A DNA stretch of 64,000 nucleotides from an uncultured Verrucomicrobiae bacterium (GTDB lineage Bacteria; Verrucomicrobiota; Verrucomicrobiia; Palsa-1439), in assembly GCA_963812605.1 (NCBI GenBank), contig CAWEWF010000004.1, forward strand, positions 362,143 through 426,142, read 5' to 3'. A model generated the notes under the pieces. That model saw only the letters and a program-made list of their open reading frames with translations, made no database searches and was not told the DNA's origin. Shown in pieces: positions 42,301-52,710 of this stretch; position 1 is the stretch's first letter; the number at the start of each line of letters is the position of its first letter. The translations under genes and the position numbers were made by a program.

Positions 42301-43707
42301 ATGAACATGACAGACTTACTGGCGAAAACAAAAACTGAATTGCTGAAGATCGCTCACCGACACGGCCTGCGGGGGGTGTCCACGCTCAAGAAGGAGGAGT
42401 TGGCCGACAGGATTCACGAGTCCCAGCAGCGGCCCAAAGGGAGCACCACCAAACAGCCGCTGGGTCCCAGTGTTGTCGCCCGCAGAATCGCTGACGCTGT
42501 CAAACGGCGCGCGGTTCGCAAATACGCCGGGGAACCCGTCGCTCACGCCGCCCCTGTCAAAGCCCGAACACAGGCTGTCCGGCCGGGACATCGCGCCAAA
42601 GTTGCCGCGAAATCCAGGCCCATGGAAATCGAGGCGGAAGAGACCGGCCGCCCATCCGAAGAACTTTCCGCCCACAAATTCGATGTCACGCCGGCAGCGG
42701 CGGCGCCCCGGCAGGTTTTTCAAGAGGAGCACCTGGGCGAATTGCCCGATGCCTACGGCACCGGCCATCTCTTTCTCACCGCCCGCGATCCGCATTGGCT
42801 TTACGTTTATTGGGATCTCAATTGGCAGCAGATGGCCGATTTTCGCGGCCAGGCCGCGGATGGCCGTTTGTTGCTGCGCGTTTTCGAGAAGAACCACGCG
42901 GAACCGTTTCAGGTACTGACGCTCGGCCACGATTCACGCAACTGGTACATCCCCGTCAACAAGGCCGCCACCACGTACACTGCCGAGCTGGGTTTCTGGC
43001 GGCACGACGGCCATTTCCACGTAATCAGCCGTTCGCGCGAAGCCACGACGCCGCCCGATGCGATCTCGCCCGATACCACGGCCCGGTTCGCCACCATCCC
43101 GATCGATATTTCGTTCCAGGAACTTTTTGCGATCATTCGCGGCCACATGCGCGACGGCGAGGCTTTGGCCGAAGCGTTGCATCGCCTGCAACTCGCGGGG
43201 TTCCGCTTCCCCTTCAAACTCGGGCTCGAACTCGGCCCGTGGACCACGGACCAGGCTGCCGAGTTGGAGCGCATTCTCGGCGGCGATCTGTTCCGTCGCA
43301 TCCAGATGGGGTCGTTCGAAATCACGGAGTGGCTGCGCCGCCGTTTGCAGGAAGAACTCAGTTCGGGGATGTCCAGCGCGTTCAGTCCGTCGGGTTCGAG
43401 TTGGTCGGGCGCGCCGCAGAAGGGGTTCTGGTTCGCCGTGAACGCCGAGTTGATCATTTACGGCGCAACGGAACCGACGGCCAAGGTCACCATTGACGGC
43501 AAGCCCGTGAAATTGCGCAGTGACGGGACCTTCTCGTTCCAATATGCGTTCCCGGATGGACAGTACAAACTGCCGGTCGTCGCCATCTCGGCAGCCGGTG
43601 ACGACCAACGCGAAGCGCAACTGACCTTTGAACGCCAAAGCCGCACGAAAGGCGGGGTGGGCAAGGTCAAACAACCGTCGCACCTCAAAGCGCCTGCCGC
43701 CGCGTAA
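42301..43707 (+). CDS. DUF4912 domain protein with Rho N-terminal-like motif
   Basis: TKTELLKIA...LKKEEL; LTARDPHWLYVYWD; AELIIYGATEP. Confidence 0.88.
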   Translation: MNMTDLLAKTKTELLKIAHRHGLRGVSTLKKEELADRIHESQQRPKGSTTKQPLGPSVVARRIADAVKRRAVRKYAGEPVAHAAPVKARTQAVRPGHRAKVAAKSRPMEIEAEETGRPSEELSAHKFDVTPAAAAPRQVFQEEHLGELPDAYGTGHLFLTARDPHWLYVYWDLNWQQMADFRGQAADGRLLLRVFEKNHAEPFQVLTLGHDSRNWYIPVNKAATTYTAELGFWRHDGHFHVISRSREATTPPDAISPDTTARFATIPIDISFQELFAIIRGHMRDGEALAEALHRLQLAGFRFPFKLGLELGPWTTDQAAELERILGGDLFRRIQMGSFEITEWLRRRLQEELSSGMSSAFSPSGSSWSGAPQKGFWFAVNAELIIYGATEPTAKVTIDGKPVKLRSDGTFSFQYAFPDGQYKLPVVAISAAGDDQREAQLTFERQSRTKGGVGKVKQPSHLKAPAAA

Positions 43708-43758
43708 TTCGCGGCGCAACGAAGAACCCCGTTCCGAAACGAAACGCCGAAAGGAATT

Positions 43759-45345
43759 TTGCCAGTGCCACAAGGTTACGTAGCGCTCATCCTGCACGCG
43801 CATCTGCCGTTTGTGCGCCATCCTGAGTACGAGGACTTTCTCGAGGAAGACTGGCTGTACGAGGCCATCACCGAGACCTACATCCCGCTCATCAAGATGA
43901 TGGAAGGCCTCGTCCGCGACAACGTGGATTTTCGCCTGACGATGACGCTCACGCCGCCGCTCTGCTCGATGCTCCTCGATCCGCTGCTGCAGGAGCGCTA
44001 CATCCGCCACATCACGCGGCTCATCGAACTCACCGAAAAGGAAATCGAACGCACCAAATGGGACCGGGCCTTCAATGATCTCGCCTGGTTCTACCACCAC
44101 CGTTTTCAAGAGGCCCGCGCCACGTTCTGCGACAGCTACGGGCGCAACCTCGTCGGCGCGTTCCGCAAGTTTCAGGAAATGGGCAAGCTCGAGATCATCA
44201 CCTGCGGCGCGACCCACGGCTTTCTGCCGTTGATGACGGAGCATCCTGAATCCATTCGCGCCCAGATCATGATCGCGCGCGACCATTATCGCCAATGTTT
44301 CGGCTGCGACCCGCGCGGCATCTGGTTGCCGGAATGCGCCTACGTGCCCGGCATCGACAAATTTCTCCAGGAGGCCGAGATCCGCTGGTTCATCATGGAC
44401 TCGCATGGCCTCATGTTCGGCCATCCACGCCCGCGCTACGGGATTTACGCGCCGGTATTCACGCCGACCGGCGTGGCCGCGTTCGGGCGCGACGTCGAAT
44501 CTTCGAAGCAGGTCTGGAGTTCCGAGGAAGGGTATCCCGGCGACGGCGATTACCGCGATTTCTACCGCGACGTCGGTTTCGACCTCGAATACGACTACAT
44601 CAAGCCGTACATCCACCCCGACGGTATCCGCTGTTTCACCGGCGTGAAGTATTTCCGCATCACGGGCAAGACGTCGAACAAGGAGCCCTACAACCGCCAC
44701 AATGCGATGGAGAAAGCCGCGTCGCACGCCGGCAACTTCATGTTCAACCGCGAAAAACAGGTCGAGCATCTCCTCGGCATCATGAAACGCCCGCCGCTGA
44801 TCATCTCGCCGTACGACGCCGAATTGTACGGCCATTGGTGGTTCGAAGGCCCCGACTTCATCAACTTTTTCACGCGCAAGGTCGCATTCGACCAGAACGT
44901 CTTCAAGCTTACCACGCCGACCGAGTATCTGCGCAGTTTCCCGACCCAACAGATCACGCAGCCGGGCGCCTCGAGCTGGGGCAACAAGGGTTACTGGGAG
45001 GTCTGGCTGGAAGGCTCCAATGCGTGGATTTATCCGCACCTGCACGTTGCCGCGCAACGCATGACCGAACTCGCGCGCAACTTCAAGCATGGCGACCATC
45101 TCACGCAGCGCGGCCTCAAACAGGCGGCCCGCGAACTCCTTCTCGCGCAATCCAGCGACTGGGCATTCATCATGAAAACCGGGACAATGGTGCCCTACGC
45201 CGTGAAGCGGACGAAGGACCACATCCTGCGTTTCACGCGTCTCTACGAGCAGATTAAAGAACATCGCATCGATGAGCCCTGGCTTTCCTCAATTGAATGG
45301 CGGGACAACATCTTTCCTGACATCAATTATCATTACTACGCATAA
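43759..45345 (+). CDS. GH57 1,4-alpha-glucan branching enzyme (DUF1957)
   Basis: LHAHLPFV, GIWLPECAY, YDAELYGHWWFEG, QSSDWAF. Confidence 0.95.
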   Translation: MPVPQGYVALILHAHLPFVRHPEYEDFLEEDWLYEAITETYIPLIKMMEGLVRDNVDFRLTMTLTPPLCSMLLDPLLQERYIRHITRLIELTEKEIERTKWDRAFNDLAWFYHHRFQEARATFCDSYGRNLVGAFRKFQEMGKLEIITCGATHGFLPLMTEHPESIRAQIMIARDHYRQCFGCDPRGIWLPECAYVPGIDKFLQEAEIRWFIMDSHGLMFGHPRPRYGIYAPVFTPTGVAAFGRDVESSKQVWSSEEGYPGDGDYRDFYRDVGFDLEYDYIKPYIHPDGIRCFTGVKYFRITGKTSNKEPYNRHNAMEKAASHAGNFMFNREKQVEHLLGIMKRPPLIISPYDAELYGHWWFEGPDFINFFTRKVAFDQNVFKLTTPTEYLRSFPTQQITQPGASSWGNKGYWEVWLEGSNAWIYPHLHVAAQRMTELARNFKHGDHLTQRGLKQAARELLLAQSSDWAFIMKTGTMVPYAVKRTKDHILRFTRLYEQIKEHRIDEPWLSSIEWRDNIFPDINYHYYA

Positions 45346-45375
45346 GTTGTGTCGGGCTGGAGGCACTGCCATCAT

Positions 45376-46290
45376 TCAGCCCAGCGCCGCGCGCACCGCG
45401 TCGCGAATCTGCTCCAACCGCGCCGCATCGCGGATCTTCCGTCCGTCCGTGCCGGTCATGAAGAAAACGTCCGCCGCTTCATCTTCCTCCGTCACGATCA
45501 TGGCGTGGACGATGTCCACGTCGCACGTCGCAATGGCTTCCAAAATATCGTGCAACAAACCCACCCGGTCGTGGGCCTCCACCTGCAGCACCGTGTAATC
45601 GTCAAACCGATCGTTATCGAACGTCAACACGGGCGCCTTGCCGCTGGCGGGAGCGTCCGCCGCGCCGGCGCACTGCATCCAGGTCCGCAGCACCGCGTCG
45701 CCGCCTCCATTCGGGCTGAACGCGACGGCCAACAGTTGCTCCATCTGCTTGAGCCGCGAAATGTCCTCGACGTGCCGCAATTCCTCATCGCAAATCTGGA
45801 ACACGTCCAGCACCACGTTGTCCGTGCGCGTATAAATGTCCGCCCGCAGGATGTTCAACCCGGTCGCCGCAAACGCGCCGGCAATTTTCGCCAGCAAACC
45901 CAGACGGTCCCACGTACAAACGACCACTTCAGAGAAACCACGATCGGGGAAGTGCCGCCAGTGCATAACGGGTGGCGCGAGGAGCACATCGCTGTGCGTG
46001 AGACCGTCAATAAATTGATGGATGATTTCCAGGTGCCACCGCAACGACTCGCCGTCCACGCGCGGCCAGTACCGCAGCGGCATGCTGGCAAAATGCAGTT
46101 CCAGTTCCTCCGACCGGATCCCCAGGTCGGCGTTCACCGTCAGTTCGTACAGCCGGCTCCGGTGCGTCTCGAAAATCTGCTGCACGGTCTTCGTGCCCCG
46201 GTTGAGTTGCGTCGCCACCGCCGGCGCGCCCCGGGCAATACGTTTCCCTCGCCCGGTACTGACGTGGACGTTTCCATGTTTGTGTTCATA
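45376..46290 (-). CDS. stand-alone tandem ACT domain protein resembling the GlnD C-terminus (start uncertain)
   Basis: DRLGLLAKIAG...LNILRADIYT; HDRVGLLHDI...AADVFF. Confidence 0.8.
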   Translation of the reverse strand, partial: YEHKHGNVHVSTGRGKRIARGAPAVATQLNRGTKTVQQIFETHRSRLYELTVNADLGIRSEELELHFASMPLRYWPRVDGESLRWHLEIIHQFIDGLTHSDVLLAPPVMHWRHFPDRGFSEVVVCTWDRLGLLAKIAGAFAATGLNILRADIYTRTDNVVLDVFQICDEELRHVEDISRLKQMEQLLAVAFSPNGGGDAVLRTWMQCAGAADAPASGKAPVLTFDNDRFDDYTVLQVEAHDRVGLLHDILEAIATCDVDIVHAMIVTEEDEAADVFFMTGTDGRKIRDAARLEQIRDAVRAALG

Positions 46291-46504
46291 GCACCGCCCG
46301 TGCTGGAATCGCCGAAACCCCTCGCTCCAGATCGGAGGCCAGGAGACGCAAGACGCTGAAATCATTGTAAATACAGGAGAATTTCACCCTCTCGACCAAG
46401 CGCCGCGAAACACCAGAAATTTTCCGGAGCCGTGCCGTGCATCGCATACCCTGTCGCCATTTGTCCACGCTGGTCAGTTTGCAATCGACATTTGCATCCC
46501 GCGG

Positions 46505-49066
46505 TCAGTTGACGAATGTCATTTTGGCCCGCTGTGACATAAGAAAATAGCTCACCCAGATGAACGCAGAGATTATCTCACGGACGATTGCCGGGCCCCA
46601 GTTCGTCGTGGAATGGCGGACAACGGCGTGAATCTGATCGGCAAGAACATGATCGGCAACCTGAATTATGGGATGCGCAATCAGAAAGACAATCCAACAA
46701 ATGACCGCGACGCGCCGCTTTTGAAAAAACATGGCCACCATCAGGATGGCAAACACTAGTAAGAAAATGTTCGTAAGTAGTTCGCCGGTCAACAGCGGCG
46801 CCCACAAGGGGTGATAGGACTCACTGGCTTGGGACGTGAGCGCCGTCCAATGGTCCATCCGGAACATGTAGCGAAGCTTGAAACACTGGAATGCGATAAC
46901 AAATGGATTCACTACCACACCGATTGCCGGCAAAATCAGCCAACCGGCAATGCCGCGCAGGTTTGGATCGATGCCATCCGTCGATGGCGGAGGCGTGCTG
47001 GACCGGTATCGATAGAGCCATACTGCACCACCCACCATCAGGAGCGTAAACAGGGTCGAAGTCAGGATGAGCTGCCAATTGAGGCCGCCCCCACGGAAAC
47101 CACTTGTCTCCAACCCCAACACCGGTGTGAATATGTGGGTGTTGAGCACGTGATCCATTCGATCCAATGCTTGCAAGTATTCGGCCGTTTGCTCCGCCGG
47201 TACGGAGTCAGACAACGTGTCAAACTGATACGTCAGGCGCAGGACGCAGTTGGCATAGGTCCGTCGAAAACTGAATTCCATAAACTTGCTGGCCACCACA
47301 ATATTCGTGGGCAGCACGTTCCAGGCGTTTGGCAGCGCTACTTCAATCGTGTGAATTACGTTGGCGGGATAATTGACGGCCAATGGCATGGTGCGATGGA
47401 TCGTGCGCGGTTTCTGCACCTTGCTGACGATTGACCACGGGGCTACATCCTGTGTCCACTTGCGCTTGTCATCGCTCAACAACCAAAACCCCGGTACCTG
47501 ATAGTCCTGGACGGTTTTCAGGATGTTGTGTGCTGTATCGTCATGGATCTGCACATGCCCTTGCAGAATCAACTGCGGGAACCATCGAGCGTGATAATTT
47601 GACAATTCTTTGTCCAGTTGGTCCTGGGTTACCTGCGTGTAATAGAACCGCATCTGCTCGGCTTCCAGGCCGTGACGCACCGTTTCGATCCGGAGCGTCG
47701 CCGGATTGGTAAGGCTCCGGGCATCGTAGTGCTCGTATACCTCAACAATGGGCTCCGCCAAAAGCGAGCCGGTAACCTTGCTGAGCTTCTCAGTGTCGTC
47801 ACGCACCACCAGTGCCGCGCCGTACTCCGGCACATAAAAGTCGCGCAACCGCCCGCGTTGATGCGAGCGCGTGGGATCGATCCAGTATGTTTTGCCGCCA
47901 ACACTGACCTGCGCGATCGTGTGGTTGAAACACAGCGGGGACGGCAGCCAGTCTTCGACCGTTTGCTGCGCCCATGTGCTGACCAACGCCGGATGCGATT
48001 CGATTCCCAGCGCATCCAGCAGACTGCATAGCAGGAGCGTCTTGTCCTTGCAGTCTCCAAACCGCCGCTGCGCCACGACGTTGGGATCGGCCGGCGCGTG
48101 GCTGCTGGCGCCGAGTTCGATTCCCAGGTAGCGGATATCGTCCTCCACGAACTCCAGTGCGGCCAATACCTGGTCCTCCTTGTCCGAAGATTGCGCGCGC
48201 CACTCGTTCACTTTTTCCTGTAGCTCGGGCGAAAGCGTCGCGGGTCTCCGGTTCAGGTGATTCGACCACCGCGCCACGTCTCCCCAATCGGTGAACTCGC
48301 TCAGTTGGAGCCACGCGAACGGTTGGTACCAGGTCGGCAGATCGCCTTCGCTCACGATGGCCGGCACATGCATTTCGTCCCAGACATACTCCGTCTGGTC
48401 CCCAACTTTCCGGATGCTCGGGGCCAGGGTCGATCCGTGGGGCTTGATCTGCAGGGCTCGATTCGACGGCCAGAGCACGCGCACCCGGTTTCGCCCGACC
48501 GGCACCTGCCACTGGGTGGCGATCGCATCCACGTAATGATCGTCGAAGACCGGGTTTGTCCCGCGCAATGTATAGGAGTACTCGATCACATCGCCCACGC
48601 GCACATCTTCGAGAAATTGGACCACCGAGAGCGCGCCGTCGTAGATCTGGCGCTCCAAATCACGCTCGCGCTGCAGCACCTTCATATTGCTTCGATCCAG
48701 GCGATTGAGAATATTCGTGCCGCGATGAATCTGGATCGTGTGCAGAATCAGCTGCTGGTAGGACGGGTCCACATCGAACGACAATTCCGCGCCCTCTTGG
48801 ACGCCTTGATGCGACACGATCTTTTTGGCGACGTGAGCAAAGGCTTCCACTCCCAGATCGCCATGGTGCACCTGATGATCAATGAGCAGGTACCGCGTTC
48901 CCACCGGTAACTGCGTGGGCGCGTTATCGTCGTCGTCTGGTAACGGAATGCGATCGGCCCAATCTGGCATGGGACCGACACTCACTGGATCGGCTGTGTC
49001 CGCCGCCGCGGAACGCGACAAGGCTACCAACAGCGACAGGGCAAAGAATAGAAAGCGTCGACTCAC
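46505..49066 (-). CDS. DUF3857 / transglutaminase-like / DUF2569 membrane protein
   Basis: VGDVIEYSY, RRFGDCKDK, FNH, WIDPT; C-terminal IAGWLI...SQRAKMTFVN. Confidence 0.88.
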   Translation of the reverse strand: MSRRFLFFALSLLVALSRSAAADTADPVSVGPMPDWADRIPLPDDDDNAPTQLPVGTRYLLIDHQVHHGDLGVEAFAHVAKKIVSHQGVQEGAELSFDVDPSYQQLILHTIQIHRGTNILNRLDRSNMKVLQRERDLERQIYDGALSVVQFLEDVRVGDVIEYSYTLRGTNPVFDDHYVDAIATQWQVPVGRNRVRVLWPSNRALQIKPHGSTLAPSIRKVGDQTEYVWDEMHVPAIVSEGDLPTWYQPFAWLQLSEFTDWGDVARWSNHLNRRPATLSPELQEKVNEWRAQSSDKEDQVLAALEFVEDDIRYLGIELGASSHAPADPNVVAQRRFGDCKDKTLLLCSLLDALGIESHPALVSTWAQQTVEDWLPSPLCFNHTIAQVSVGGKTYWIDPTRSHQRGRLRDFYVPEYGAALVVRDDTEKLSKVTGSLLAEPIVEVYEHYDARSLTNPATLRIETVRHGLEAEQMRFYYTQVTQDQLDKELSNYHARWFPQLILQGHVQIHDDTAHNILKTVQDYQVPGFWLLSDDKRKWTQDVAPWSIVSKVQKPRTIHRTMPLAVNYPANVIHTIEVALPNAWNVLPTNIVVASKFMEFSFRRTYANCVLRLTYQFDTLSDSVPAEQTAEYLQALDRMDHVLNTHIFTPVLGLETSGFRGGGLNWQLILTSTLFTLLMVGGAVWLYRYRSSTPPPSTDGIDPNLRGIAGWLILPAIGVVVNPFVIAFQCFKLRYMFRMDHWTALTSQASESYHPLWAPLLTGELLTNIFLLVFAILMVAMFFQKRRVAVICWIVFLIAHPIIQVADHVLADQIHAVVRHSTTNWGPAIVREIISAFIWVSYFLMSQRAKMTFVN

Positions 49067-49418
49067 GCAAGCGCCTTATCGCATGCCGCCGAGGCGATGA
49101 CAAGTTCCTTCAACTCGGCCCGGTTGCATCCCATGTTGCCCCCCGCCATGCGCTGCTGTTGGTAGGGACGGCTGGAGCACAGCCTCAGTCACACAAGACC
49201 AACTCGTCCTATATGAAACATCGGAAGAATATGCGCACGATTCCGCTCGCTCGTCTCTGAAAACACAAAGGCGTCACAAATGAAGGAACGGCGAGGTCGC
49301 GAAAGAAACGCTCGTTTGGCGTTGCAGTGGACATCGCTATTCTAAAGTGTCAAATTGAAACGCCAAGGTCTGGCACTCCCTCCGTCTGAGTTGTGACTTA
49401 CAATCGGCTAGAAATCCC

Positions 49419-50576
49419 CTACCGCAACACCGGCGCGATCAACAATCCGATCCCGTACGTCAGCAGCGCTTCGCCGACGCCGACTACGGTCATCTCTGCG
49501 CCGCTCTTCAGCCATGACCGGCCCGTCACGATCACCTTCGACGCGCCGACCGCGAAATGCGCGACCGTGCTGATGGCGAATGACCAGATCAGGGCCTGAG
49601 TTCCCGACAGAAATAAAAACGGGATTACCGGCACGAATGCTCCCGCCGCGGTGCTCAACATCGCGCTCACCGCCGAACGCCACGGGTTGGGAAACGCCTT
49701 CTCCGACAACCCCAGTTCCTCATGCGCGAGCGTCTTCAGCAACTGCTCGGGCTGCTCCGCCAGCCGCGCCGCCATCATCTTCGCTTCCTCGACGGAAAAT
49801 CCTTTCAACTGGTAAAACAGCTCCATCTCCTCGCGTTCCTGGTCCGGGTCCTGCTCAATCTCCATCCGCTCGCGTTTCATCTCCGCCTCGTACACCTCGC
49901 GCTCCGATTTCGTCGCCAGGTACGCGCCGCTGCCCATCGACAGCGCCGACGCGATGGCCGTCGCGATGCCACTCAACAACACAAACTTGCCATTCACATT
50001 CGTCGCGCCCGCCACGCCGCTCACCACGCCGAACGCCGCGCCCAGTCCGTCGTTCACCCCGTAAATCGCCTGCCCGATCCACCCCGCCCCGGTCACGTGC
50101 CACTTCTCCGAACCCAAAATCTTCTGCAATCTCCGTTGCGCCGGCGGAATCTGCCCCTCGGTAAACTCACTCAACACCCGGCTGTGGGCGCGTTCCTCCC
50201 GCTGCGCCTCCACCAACTGCGTGCGCACCTCTTCGCTCGGCGCGATCTTCGCCAGTTCATCGTACATCGCGTCCGCGCCGTTCTCCGCCGCCTCCAGTTT
50301 CACCACCGCCCGGTCCGTCCCGCTTTGCAGCAAGGCCCAGCGCCGCGCGCGTTCGACCAACGTCTCGCGGTATTCGCCCGGCTCCGCGCCGAGTTCCCGC
50401 AATCGCGCCGCCCAGTTCGCCGCGTGTTTCTCCTCAGCCTCCGCCAGCCGCAACAAAATTTCGCGCCGATCCGGATGCGCCTCCTGTTTCGCCAGCGCCC
50501 GGTAATTGCGCGCGCTCCCCATCTCATCGCGCCAGGCCAGCTTCAATCCGCCAACCAGTTTTTCGCGCTCACTCAT
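49419..50576 (-). CDS. rubrerythrin-like ferritin domain plus VIT1/CCC1 iron transporter
   Basis: EEKH and ERAH di-iron motifs; YGVNDGL, SMGSGAYL. Confidence 0.9.
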   Translation of the reverse strand: MSEREKLVGGLKLAWRDEMGSARNYRALAKQEAHPDRREILLRLAEAEEKHAANWAARLRELGAEPGEYRETLVERARRWALLQSGTDRAVVKLEAAENGADAMYDELAKIAPSEEVRTQLVEAQREERAHSRVLSEFTEGQIPPAQRRLQKILGSEKWHVTGAGWIGQAIYGVNDGLGAAFGVVSGVAGATNVNGKFVLLSGIATAIASALSMGSGAYLATKSEREVYEAEMKRERMEIEQDPDQEREEMELFYQLKGFSVEEAKMMAARLAEQPEQLLKTLAHEELGLSEKAFPNPWRSAVSAMLSTAAGAFVPVIPFLFLSGTQALIWSFAISTVAHFAVGASKVIVTGRSWLKSGAEMTVVGVGEALLTYGIGLLIAPVLR

Positions 50577-50729
50577 GACGCCTCTATTCTATCATATCAA
50601 CTCCGCCATTATTGTAGGGCGCGATGCCTGTCGTCTAGGTATCGCACCGTGTTCCACCACATCCGTCATCGCGGCCCGCCTGCCGTCGCCGGATTGACCT
50701 TCCGCCCCGTCCTTGCTAGCCTTCCACTG

Positions 50730-52046
50730 TTGAGACCCCGACGGCAAATATCGCTGATTCTATCGCCCTTGTTCGTGATGGCCTGCGGTTTCGCCCCACT
50801 GGCGTCCGCTGCGATCATCGGCACCAATCCACCAGCGTTGTCGCTCACGACGAATCGCATCGACGCGCTACCGGCGGCGCAGCAACAGGCCTGGAAAGAC
50901 TATCTCGCAAAATCCGAGCGGCAGAGGCAGGCCGACCAGGCTTTTCTGCAAGCGGAACTCAGCGAGCACAAGCTCGCGGAGCCGGTGCTTCCGCCTGCGG
51001 GTCGCTCGGCGGATTCTCTGCCCCTTGATAAACCGGCGGACTGGTACGGCGGGACCGATGCGGTGCGGATCGCCGATATCGTCGTCTCGTTCCAAACACC
51101 TGCGGGAGGATGGAGCAAGAACCTCGATATGTCGCTGCATCCGCGTGCGCCCGGGGAAGCGTTCGCGCCCGACAACCGTTCACGCTTCCTTGCCCCGGGC
51201 GACTTCGATACACCGCACAACGTGAAGTGGAACTATGTCGGCACGTTCGACAATGATGCCACCATGACCCAACTGCGCTATCTCGCGAAGGTCATCACCG
51301 CGGTCGGGCCGGACCGCAGCGCCGCTTATCGCAAGGCGTTCATGCACGGGATCGTGTACATCACGGTCGCGCAATATCCCAACGGCGGCTGGCCCCAGGT
51401 CTGGCCGCTCGAGGGCGGTTATCATGACACGATCACTTACAACGACGACGCCATGATCAACCTTCTCGGATTGCTGCGCGACGTTGCCTGGGGTACCAAC
51501 GAATTCGCTTTCATGCCCCTTTCGGTGCGCGCACAGGCCGGCGATAGCGCCCGGCGCGGGATCGATTGTCTCGTGGCGACGCAAATTGTCGTGGACGGCC
51601 ATCGCACGGTCTGGTGCCAGCAACATGACCCGCTCACCTTGCAGCCCGCGTCCGGTCGGAATTACGAAATGCCGTCACAGGTTTCCAGCGAGAGCGCGGA
51701 TATCATGTTGTTCCTGATGAGCCTGCCCAAACCCAGCCCGCCGATCATCGCCACCGTCCATGCCGCCGCCGCATGGTTCGAGAAAACGAAGATTTCCGAC
51801 ATGGCTTACCAGCGTGTCGGCGACGACGGACGGCGCCTCGCAGCCGCTCCTGGCAGCGGACCGATTTGGGCCCGCTATTACGAAATCGGCACCGACCGCC
51901 CGATCTTCGGCGACCGCGACAAGACGATTCATGACAACCTTGAGGAGATTTCCAAGGAGCGACGGCGCGGGTACGCGTGGTATCGGGATACCCCCAAGCA
52001 TGCGCTCGAAGTTTACGCCGTGTGGAGCAAAACGCATCCGCAATGA
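50730..52046 (+). CDS. pelA: PL10 pectate lyase (start approximate)
   Basis: GGWSKN, TFDNDAT, GGWPQ, ITYNDDAM, WCQQHD, WARYYE. Confidence 0.88.
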   Translation: MRPRRQISLILSPLFVMACGFAPLASAAIIGTNPPALSLTTNRIDALPAAQQQAWKDYLAKSERQRQADQAFLQAELSEHKLAEPVLPPAGRSADSLPLDKPADWYGGTDAVRIADIVVSFQTPAGGWSKNLDMSLHPRAPGEAFAPDNRSRFLAPGDFDTPHNVKWNYVGTFDNDATMTQLRYLAKVITAVGPDRSAAYRKAFMHGIVYITVAQYPNGGWPQVWPLEGGYHDTITYNDDAMINLLGLLRDVAWGTNEFAFMPLSVRAQAGDSARRGIDCLVATQIVVDGHRTVWCQQHDPLTLQPASGRNYEMPSQVSSESADIMLFLMSLPKPSPPIIATVHAAAAWFEKTKISDMAYQRVGDDGRRLAAAPGSGPIWARYYEIGTDRPIFGDRDKTIHDNLEEISKERRRGYAWYRDTPKHALEVYAVWSKTHPQ

Positions 52047-52054
52047 AGTCCGTT

Positions 52055-52190
52055 GTAGCGGCGGTCTGTGACCGCCGAAATTGCGCGAGAAAGCGATCCC
52101 GTCGCGTTTGTAGGCCGACTCTGTGAGTCGGCGAATTTCTTGAAGAATTTCGCCGCTTCTACGAAGGGGCCTACAGTTAGACCGCCCTAC
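52055..52190. repeat. GTAG-type REP-like hairpins between convergent genes
   Basis: GTAGCGGCGGTCTGTGACCGCCG; GTAGGCCGACTCTGTGAGTCGGC. Confidence 0.65.
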
Positions 52191-52705
52191 TCCACCAGAT
52201 AGCTCAAAACGGTGCGAAGTTCGGCGGCATGCGTGGCGGGATTCACTTTCGGGTCCACAAAGGCGATTTTGCCGGCCTTGTTGATGACGAACGTGACGCG
52301 GCTGGCGACGACACTGTTGGTGTCCGCCACGCCATAGGTCTCGGCCACTTTCTTGTCGGTGTCCGCCAGCAACACGAACGGCAGCTTGTATTTCTCGATG
52401 AACGCCTTGTGCGACTCGACCGAATCGAAGCTCACGCCCAGGACCGTTGCGTCCAATCCCTTGAATTCCTCCATCGTGTCGCGGATGCCGCAGGCTTCCG
52501 TCGTGCACCCCTTCGTGTCATCCTTCGGGTAAAAGTAGAGGATGATGTTGCTCTTGCCCACGTAATCTTTCAAATGGACAGTTGTCCCGTCGCTGGCCGG
52601 CGCGGAAAAATCCGGCGCTTTGTCGCCGACCTTTGGCATGTCGGCGCTGAACGCTAGAGATTGCGCCAACAGCAAAACGCTCAGGAACAAAATAAATGGT
52701 TTCAT
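52187..52705 (-). CDS. bcp: peroxiredoxin Bcp/PrxQ with signal peptide
   Basis: YFYPKDDTKGCTTEAC. Confidence 0.88.
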   Translation of the reverse strand: MKPFILFLSVLLLAQSLAFSADMPKVGDKAPDFSAPASDGTTVHLKDYVGKSNIILYFYPKDDTKGCTTEACGIRDTMEEFKGLDATVLGVSFDSVESHKAFIEKYKLPFVLLADTDKKVAETYGVADTNSVVASRVTFVINKAGKIAFVDPKVNPATHAAELRTVLSYLVE

Positions 52706-52710
52706 CAGGA

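Noticed and set aside
41310-42304. ORFs of 90-225 aa in the REP-rich region
   Set aside because: Translations of palindromic repeats with no recognisable domain
42934-45264. 776-aa minus-strand ORF and similar long shadow ORFs (37306-38682, 52696-54228, 11171-12625)
   Set aside because: Antisense to well-supported genes, as expected in high-GC DNA
49722-50729. Long N-terminal extension of the pectate lyase ORF
   Set aside because: Mostly antisense to the VIT1 gene; the signal-peptide-like segment starts near 50730
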